Shown: positions 56,390 to 64,000 of the stretch, in pieces | Numbering within the stretch: the first letter of the stretch is position 1 | Layout: every line of letters begins with the position of its first letter | Assembly (NCBI GenBank): GCA_946965045.2 | Contig: OX337235.1 | Span: 2,914,001-2,978,000 of the forward strand | Direction of reading: 5' to 3' | DNA length: 64,000 nucleotides | Source of the DNA: Epithemia pelagica | Lineage: Eukaryota > Protista > Bacillariophyta | Program-made: the position numbers and the translations under genes | The notes under the pieces: model-generated | What the model was told of the DNA's origin: nothing | What the model saw: the letters and a program-made list of their open reading frames with translations, nothing else | Databases searched by the model: none

Positions 56390-59071
56390 ATGGCTTCTCA
56401 CCGTCGCATCCACGAGTTCTACGCCTCTGGTCGCCCAGTGTACAGGCCTCACTCGTTACATGGAAACCTGCCCGAGCGTCCCGTGGAATCTCGTCTCTCT
56501 CGCGCGTCTGTTTGGGATGATTACGATGCTTCTGTCAATCTCGATCCAGTTTTTGATGCACTCTTGGGCCGTCCCATGGAAACCCCCGTGTTGCTTGCAG
56601 GTCATACCCCGCCTCACCTCCGCCGTGGTTCCAACCGTTCTTTGTCCAACCCTAGTCGTTCTCCGGCTCGGCTTCGTGACGACCCAACCTACGACCCTAC
56701 CACCAACAAACGAGCCATCAAACACAACAACACTACCTATATGTTGGCCAACATCCCCCCGAGCGATGCCCCGGCAGAGGAAAAAAGCCTCGTTCTCGAC
56801 GATCATATTGCCACCATCCGTGATGGCGAGGATACTTGGCTAGGTCGCACCAACCTTTTGACCCTTCAACGCTACAATAGCCCCGCTACGAAGAAAATCG
56901 CGGAGCGCAAACTGGCGGATTTGCTCAATGTCCTTTCCCCAACGCACATGTTCCGGTTTATTGGCACTCAAGACGAAAACTACGGCCCCGTTCCTATGCC
57001 TCCCGCGGCACCCACCGCCGCTCAACTACTCCAGTGGCGCCAGACAGTCAAGTTTGCCGTGTTTGCCCTAACCATCCAACCACACCCTACAATTCCTCAG
57101 AACGTAGCGACGGCACCACTCAAGTCCGTTACCATCGACCCGACCTACATCGAATTGCCGCGACCAATCGACCCTGTAACCAACCTTCCCACTCTGGATA
57201 ACAACTTCCTTCCGACAAATGTTTCCAATTTACAAGTCATCCTGGGCGCCCGTATGGCCAACGGCCTTAGTTTTGATTTGTCAGCGTTTCAAACAACCAT
57301 CGAAGGCACCGAGTCCATCAGTCACAAAGCTTTCAAGGCGGAACATGACGAGCACTACTTTGAAAGTCTGTATGAAGTATGTGCCTCCATGCTCATTCAA
57401 GAGGTAGTTGGGTCCAGCCTTATTAAAACACCCTCAATGCGCCTCTCCGAAATCAAACAAGTGTATGAAGACCCGGCCTCAGGAAAAACAACTGGACTCA
57501 CAATTGCGGCACACTACGACCGCTTTAGCCGCGTGATGGGCCAAATTAACCTCGCAGTCGAAACAAACGTCAACCTTCCATTGCTGTTTTATAATAGCTT
57601 GGATTCAGCAGTACAAAAACAAGTTCAGGCACGGAACTACCAGCCCCCCAACCGGTATGCCTCCATGACCGAACAGTACACGGAGCTTATTCGTTTGAAA
57701 GGCGTAGCTGAAGAAGCAGAGAATGCAATCTCCTCCATTCTCGAAGTCACCGATCGGGCGCTGGCTGCACGTGGTCGGTCCAACCGCTCAATGACATCGA
57801 TTCCCACCATGATGATCACTCCTCCGGGCACCGAGTGGTCAACCCAAGAGGTAGGCAACGACTTTCCGGCGCTCCCAGCTTTGCCAACCTCTCCGAACGG
57901 CTCAATTGGCAATGTTCCACCCCTTGCACCTAGTACGAGCTTCCACTCCCCCGTCCAGGCAGCACGAGCTGAAACTCTGGCCACCCTTTCAGCCATGATT
58001 GATCACGCCCAATCAGATTGGCAGGCCTCAGAAAGCGCCACACTCGACATCTTCACCGTCAATACATCGGCCGAAAATGCACTCCGGACAGCAAGCGGTC
58101 TCAATGCACCCATCGAATGTTGGGGCTGCAAGGGCTCCAACATCCCCGAGTATCAACCTGGCCGGTTCCACTTTTGGCGTGACTGTCCCAACAAGTCGGA
58201 TCCACGTGTCGTGGCCGCAGCAGCAGAGGAATTAAAGAAATGGCAGCAGCGCCAGAGTTCCTCTCAGAACCAGCCAACCAAGCGCCCAAAACTGGCGGCA
58301 GCCGCCACAACTGCTGCACCCACCCCAACAACTGGATGGGCTCAACAAGGCTATCCCTCCCAGCGGGTCGCTGACATCCTACAAGTGATTTCAACCACCT
58401 CAGACCCTGCGCAACGACGCCAAGCCTTCTCCGACCTCACTCAAGCTATGGCAGCACAACCGAACGGAACCACATGGTCGCAACCAACCACCGGTGGACA
58501 CACCACGATGCTCCCGATTCTCCTTCGAGCCTTCTCTGTGTCCGACACAATCCCACGCCCCATCATGATCAATACGACGCGAGATCTCCCCCACGGTCAT
58601 TTTCCGATTGGTTTGGACCACGAAGGCAAGTTCACCCTCACGGTTTGCTTTGACACTGGAGCAGGCGCCAGCATAGGTGATCTGGCGTACCACCAAGGTA
58701 TCTACAAAAACTTTCCCGGGTTAGTTGCTCGATTTGGTCCGCTCCCACACCATGCGATCAAGATTGGCGGCATCGAGCATGATACAAAGGGTATAGAGCT
58801 TACCCACATGATCGAATACTACACTCCGTATCGTTCAGGAGGGACGTCCTTCACCATTGCAATTGCACTTGGAGACGGCCTTGCCATTACCGCCATTTTG
58901 GGACTGGCATTTATGCGGAAGGCCAAAGCATCCATATCCTTTGACACAGATCTATTTACGTCACCCGAGTTACAAGCAGCTATCCCGCTCCATTATATGC
59001 CACCGTCCTTGCGTTCGGCCCCGCTCGACAACGCCGGTATCGATGTTGGCAAAGCTTTGCTTTCCTCTTGA
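56390..59071 (+). CDS. Gypsy Gag-protease ORF
   Basis: First ATG at 56390, zinc-knuckle variant C-X2-C-X13-H-X4-C (58118-58186), aspartic protease CFDTGAGASI (DTG at 58652), ending at TGA 59069-59071. Confidence 0.88.
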   Translation: MASHRRIHEFYASGRPVYRPHSLHGNLPERPVESRLSRASVWDDYDASVNLDPVFDALLGRPMETPVLLAGHTPPHLRRGSNRSLSNPSRSPARLRDDPTYDPTTNKRAIKHNNTTYMLANIPPSDAPAEEKSLVLDDHIATIRDGEDTWLGRTNLLTLQRYNSPATKKIAERKLADLLNVLSPTHMFRFIGTQDENYGPVPMPPAAPTAAQLLQWRQTVKFAVFALTIQPHPTIPQNVATAPLKSVTIDPTYIELPRPIDPVTNLPTLDNNFLPTNVSNLQVILGARMANGLSFDLSAFQTTIEGTESISHKAFKAEHDEHYFESLYEVCASMLIQEVVGSSLIKTPSMRLSEIKQVYEDPASGKTTGLTIAAHYDRFSRVMGQINLAVETNVNLPLLFYNSLDSAVQKQVQARNYQPPNRYASMTEQYTELIRLKGVAEEAENAISSILEVTDRALAARGRSNRSMTSIPTMMITPPGTEWSTQEVGNDFPALPALPTSPNGSIGNVPPLAPSTSFHSPVQAARAETLATLSAMIDHAQSDWQASESATLDIFTVNTSAENALRTASGLNAPIECWGCKGSNIPEYQPGRFHFWRDCPNKSDPRVVAAAAEELKKWQQRQSSSQNQPTKRPKLAAAATTAAPTPTTGWAQQGYPSQRVADILQVISTTSDPAQRRQAFSDLTQAMAAQPNGTTWSQPTTGGHTTMLPILLRAFSVSDTIPRPIMINTTRDLPHGHFPIGLDHEGKFTLTVCFDTGAGASIGDLAYHQGIYKNFPGLVARFGPLPHHAIKIGGIEHDTKGIELTHMIEYYTPYRSGGTSFTIAIALGDGLAITAILGLAFMRKAKASISFDTDLFTSPELQAAIPLHYMPPSLRSAPLDNAGIDVGKALLSS

Positions 59072-62000
59072 CGGGGAGCGCCCTCCTTCACTCTGTCCAT
59101 GTCCCATCCCTTGTTAACCAACACCAACCTATTAGTACCGTGTTCCACTGAGACCATGAACACCATTCACACTAATAGGATAGAGACAGAAACCATGGAG
59201 GCCGCGCAACATTTACTACAACGCCCAGCGTCATGGACATTCAAACGGCCCATCCCTGCACTAGCAGCATCCTCTGCAACTGAAAAAGAGATCGCCGCCG
59301 CCAAATTACGGAAACCGGACGGTACCGGCCCAGTTGAAGTCGACAAGCGACCCTATCGCCCCAAGATGCCCAACGAATACATCGAACCAGAGTTTGTGCC
59401 AGACCAAGACACATTGGACGTCATATCTCAGACTCATGGCACAGTGCTACTGAAAACCAAAGCTGCCTTACCCCCGAGAACTGACGTCATCAATTTTGAT
59501 CCACAACTCCACGAGTCGGAGTTTTCAAATAACATTCAATGGGCCTCATGCCCACAGGACCTACGAGCTCCGTTTGAAACGATCATCAAAGACTTTTGGG
59601 ACGTATTTGTCCAAGAAGGCCTACGCCGTAACATCAGAGGATATTCATTCAACGTGGATACTGGCCCTTCTAAACCTATCTGCTGCAAAGTCCCACGGTA
59701 TGGGCCCCATGAAAGCCGAGTCATCACCAACCTTGCCAATGACCTGGAAAAGAACGGACTCATCGAAGACGACTTCGGACCCTGGGGAGCAATAGTTATC
59801 CTGGCTGGCAAGCCGTACCAAGAGCACAAACATTGGTCCGACTATATATTCCGCCTTTGTGTTTCCTACCGGCCTCTTAACCGGATCACACGACCGTTCA
59901 CATTTCCCTCCCGAAGATGCGACGACGCTGCCACCGACATCGGCCCTGCCAACTTCTTTATAACCATGGACCTCGACAGCGGATATTGGCAAGTTTCTGT
60001 CGTCCCCGAGTCTCGTGACAAGCTAGCTTTTTTCGTCCCCGATGGCAAGAAACATTGGACCGTCATGCCACTGGGCGCTACCAATGCCCACCCTTGTTTC
60101 TGCGCAATGATGGCACAATTTCGCCGCGAATGGGATCATTTAGCAGCATCCAGGGGTATAAAGGGAACCCAGACCAAACTACAACCCGAGTTGTCAGTTA
60201 CAGACACTCAAAATCTAACCCAACGTTCCGGATCCGAGGCAATCGTCGACGATGTTCTGATCTATTCCACGTCGTCCAGTGACCTGTTGGCCTATTTCAA
60301 GTGTGTTCTTGAGATACTGAGATTTTACAGAGCGACGGTAAAACTAAAGAAATGCCGCTTCTGCCCTTCCCACGCGGAATTCGTCGGCCTCGATCTCACG
60401 GCCGCAGGCAACCAACCAGCCGAATCCAAAATGAAATTGTTCCGTGAACTAGAACTCGATCCCCCCCACACCATGACAGACCTTCGACATCTCATTGGCC
60501 TACTCGGGTTCTACCAGCAGTGGATCCCATTATTCGAAGTTCGAATCAAGCGTTGGAGAGACTATCAAGCAATGTGCCCTCCCGGAACAGCCTCTCCCCA
60601 AGAGGAAGCTCAGTTTCTACAAAACATTTGGTCACACGATGACGAAGAACTACGTCGGCAACTCCTGACCGAAATCAGTGAAAAGCCATCACTAGCTCGA
60701 CCAGATTACGACCGCCGGTTCTATCTCAAAACTGATTGGAGCAAACACGCCATGGCTGCCGTGCTACTCCAAGCAGACCCCACAGACGAGGAAGCACTCA
60801 ATCACGAAACCAAAGAGAAACAAGGGGGACCATGCGTCTTCGACTCTAAAAAGACCTCTTTGCGATTGTTACCTCTTGCTTACATTTCAAGACGCACGAC
60901 GGCCGCCGAACAATCGTACCATAGCTACATCGGAGAAGCCAGCACCGGTGTATGGGCCATCCGTAAATTTCAGCGCTACCTCCTTGGGCCTGAATTCACT
61001 TGGATGACAGACTGCTCCGGGTTAATGAAATTTCTGGACACCCCTGACTTGCCCACCCATGCAACCCAACGTTGGAGACAGTTCCTACTTCGGTTCTCCT
61101 TTACGGTAGTACACCGTCCTGACAAAATGATGAAAGAAGTCGATACCTTATCGCGCTACAATCAAGCGACAGCACTCTGGCGTACCATGTCAAGTTCCAG
61201 CCCCGCTAACGACTCCTCTCCTCCAATTGCTTTCTCTTGGGTACCAATTAACACCCTCGGGTCGAACCGAGAGCCACCATCTCGACATTTAGAGGCGACC
61301 ATTCAGAAACGAAGCATCATTGTTTTTGGAGCCGCCACAAGCTCAGCAGTGGCAGCTCTGGCAGAGTCCAAATTTACCCCCCACATCGTGGCCGAATTGG
61401 AAGATCGTGACCACTGGAACATCCCCCGTCAACCCACCAATTTTGCTCCACAGGCAGACAAATTTCCCTCCTCGACACAATTCCTCCAACACCTCCGACA
61501 GAAGCCCCGCTCCGAAATTCCAACTGTAGATTGGATCGTCGCTTCCGATCCCACAGCCCTAGATTGTGACGATGGCTCCCTCCATCACGACAACCTACTT
61601 ACCCTTATTGAGTTTGCCGCAGCCAAAATGGACCTTCACACCGTCTTATGGACATCCTGTCGTGAGGCACATGGCTCCTCCCCGGCCACCGAGTCCCTCA
61701 CTTCCTGGATGCAAGTCAAGCTGGGGTGGCATACAAGGACACTCAGGTTGCGCTCACTTAACCACGGCTCTGCCATCGACAGCGAATTTCGGCTACTCGT
61801 GGCCTCCTCTATTTCCAAAGCCATCCGCGACCTCCGTATCCCCACTGAATTAGCTTCGCCTATGTTCGACCACCTCGACTTCGTGCCCGAAATCGATCAG
61901 GCAATGCACACACTGAAAGCCATGCGAATGTCCGGTCCATCCATACCTCTAGATGAACCACGACCATTTGCATCTCTGGAAGCAAATCGCGACGGAACAC

Positions 62001-64000
62001 TGGTAACCGTACCAATATTCGACCCCATGCATCCAGCACCAGCCTTGTCTAATAACTCCTTCCGGTTCCACCAAGCTGCCTTCGCAGTCGCAACCCCAGA
62101 TGATACCTACGGGCAACTTTATCGAGGCATTACCCTGCAGGAAACCTTTAACCTCCTGGGCCTACCTATTCATGTCCAAGACCGATTACGCTCCTCCGAC
62201 AGGTCTGGTGTTGCCGACGAATTGGCCATTACCGTTCCAGCAACAGCCTTGGCGTGTATTTTGGATGGTCTATTTGATGCAGAATCCATGAACCCTGTTT
62301 GGCATAACGCCCAATCATCCGACGACGCCGACATTGCCACTGCCCCCGAACGACACCTTCGCGTGTGGCTTGCCGACGTGTCCAAAAATATCCCCGTCCT
62401 GGTCCTGCACCAGCCGGCATCCCTTCCCCTACCCACACGAGAGCAATGGCTAGAAGAATCTTTAAAAGACCATGACATGTCCCAAATCATTCGGGCCCTC
62501 CATGACAACACTGACATCACACGAGACCACATGCACGACAAACGCTATCACGACGAATGGAAAAAACAGCGCTTCCACCTGCAGAATGGCATCCTCTGTA
62601 GGTCTGATCTCCCACGTCTGGCGCAGGCTCAACACATCTACACTCGAGTCGTCCCTCCCTCATTACGACAAATGGTGTTTGCGGCATTCCACGCATCCCC
62701 CCTGGCAGGTCACATGGGCCTAGCCAAGACATACCATCGAATTGCAACCCGATACTGGTGGCCCACCATGGCGACCGACATCCGGCGCATGACACTGGGT
62801 TGTGCCCACTGCAGAGCAGTCAATGCATCCAACCATGAGGCACAACAAATCCTCAAGTCACTGCAAACCGAGCAACCATTCGACATCATCTTTCTAGATG
62901 TATGGTCTCCCGGCAAAGTTCCCCCAATCAAATCCCCAAGCGGATCCTCTACCGGTCCTTCCGCAGTGCTTACCAGTTTGTGCGGTATGACAGCTTTTGC
63001 GGCTGGCGCTCCATTAGTCTCCACAACATCCGAAGAAGCAGCAAAAACTGCATTTCAACATTTCTTTGTTACCCGGGGACTGCCGCGCCTTATCATTATC
63101 GACCGGGGAAGCGAATTCGCGGGCTATCTAATTTCCATGTGCAAACTGCTGGCCATCGAGTATTATCCAGTCACTCGAGAAAACCACAAGGCCATCCTCA
63201 ACGAGCGCTTTCACCGGTACCTAAATAAGGTCCAGCGCCTACACTCTCTGGATTGTCGTTCATACTCTGACTGGATCATGGGCCTCGGCTTTGCCATCTA
63301 TGCCTGGAATTCAGCCCCCATTGATGGGACTGATAGCATCCGTTCCTTCGTCGCTCTCGGACGTCATTTCCCCTTTCCGCTCGACCTTCAGTCCGACGAA
63401 CGTCCCCAACAACCACCAGACCCAGCCTTCACCGAGTCACAAGTGCATAATCACCTCGCGGCCACCTTCCCCCTACTTGCTAAACAGCGAGATCTCCTTT
63501 CCATCCTTGTTGAGGACCGGCGACAGCGACATGCTGACATCAAGAATGCGCGTCGGGATCCTGCTCGCAATAAGTTCCACATCGGTGATCTTGTGCTCGT
63601 CCGAAAACAAGTTCAGTCGTCCGTCGACAAAGGCCCCGCGAAATTAATGACTCGAACACGTGGTCCCTACCGCGTCTTAGAAGAGATACACCAAGGAACC
63701 TACCGCATCCAAAAACTTCCCCTATATCAAGGTCAAGGCCGTCGCAGCAAACCTTATTCCGAGAGTGCAGCACGCATGGAACTTTTACCCTCCACTCTTC
63801 TTCTTCATCCTCAAACACAAGGCACTGACCATCGACTAGCTTATCTTCATTTCGGCCAAGTAGCAGACCCACTCAACAACATCTTCGGGGCCGATGATTT
63901 TGGCTCCTTTCAACAAGCCGACGCTCGACGACCCTACGCCTACGACCGAGTGGCAGACCTTTGGCCAGGTATAGAATGGAACGTTGAAGAATCCGACGAT
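59072..64000 (+). CDS. Gypsy Pol (RT, RNase H, DNMT-like insert, integrase), in frame with gag-pro, open to the window end; absent from the supplied ORF track
   Basis: Manual translation shows no stop in about 1640 codons. RT: FRLCVSYRPLN, MDLDSGYWQV, MPLGATNA, IVDD (60242). RH: YLKTDWSK, SYIGEA, WMTDC, VDTLSRY. IN: FHASPLAGH...CAHC, FLDVW, IIDRGSEF, LNERF. GPY module at about 63662. Confidence 0.92.
61310..62275 (+). other. Degenerate C5 cytosine DNA-methyltransferase-like domain within Gypsy Pol
   Basis: The segments IIVFGAATSSAVAAL, IVAELE, VDWIVASDP, LGWHTRTLRLRSLNHGSAIDSEFRLLVA, YRGITLQETFNLLGLP and LAITVPATALACIL follow the order and spacing of DNMT motifs I, II, IV, VII-VIII, IX and X. 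Confidence 0.62.

Larger units (their letters stand above)
56351..64000 (+). mobile_element. Ty3/Gypsy LTR retrotransposon, apparently intact, truncated by the window end
   Basis: Domain order Gag-PR / RT-RH-(insert)-IN-GPY/F. LTRs cannot be delimited because the 3' end is outside the window. Confidence 0.93.

Overview
Eukaryotic nuclear DNA from a diatom, probably a pennate (inference from short GT-AG introns, an Lhcf/FCP gene with an ASAFAP plastid-targeting motif, and CoDi-type Copia elements). About 1-28 kb is gene-dense: ISE2/HelY-like helicase 3' part, a solo 5S rRNA gene, SDR-like protein, type I membrane protein, TKL-like kinase, PEX4, DUF1279 protein, LRR-like protein, J-less DnaJ-Fer-type ferredoxin protein, frameshifted GT90, Sec6-like, MBF1 and MsrB. 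About 28-34 kb is a hierarchical tandem array of five copies of a small coiled-coil ORF, followed by Lhcf, a membrane protein and pseudogene fragments. About 40-64 kb is a retrotransposon cluster. A very young intact Copia element (44517-52836, 758-bp LTRs, TATAT target-site duplication) is nested in the gag of a decayed minus-strand Copia, and a Ty3/Gypsy element runs off the window end. Four signals stand out. (1) The Gypsy Pol carries a degenerate, apparently catalytically dead C5 DNA-methyltransferase-like domain between RNase H and integrase. (2) Gypsy gag-pro and pol are in frame and separated by a single TGA-CGG, a known readthrough context. (3) The young Copia has a primer-binding site matching a tRNA-Asn anticodon stem-loop, which implies half-tRNA priming. 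(4) The same Copia has an extra 251-aa ORF upstream of gag. All domain calls come from motif recognition by eye; no database searches were run.
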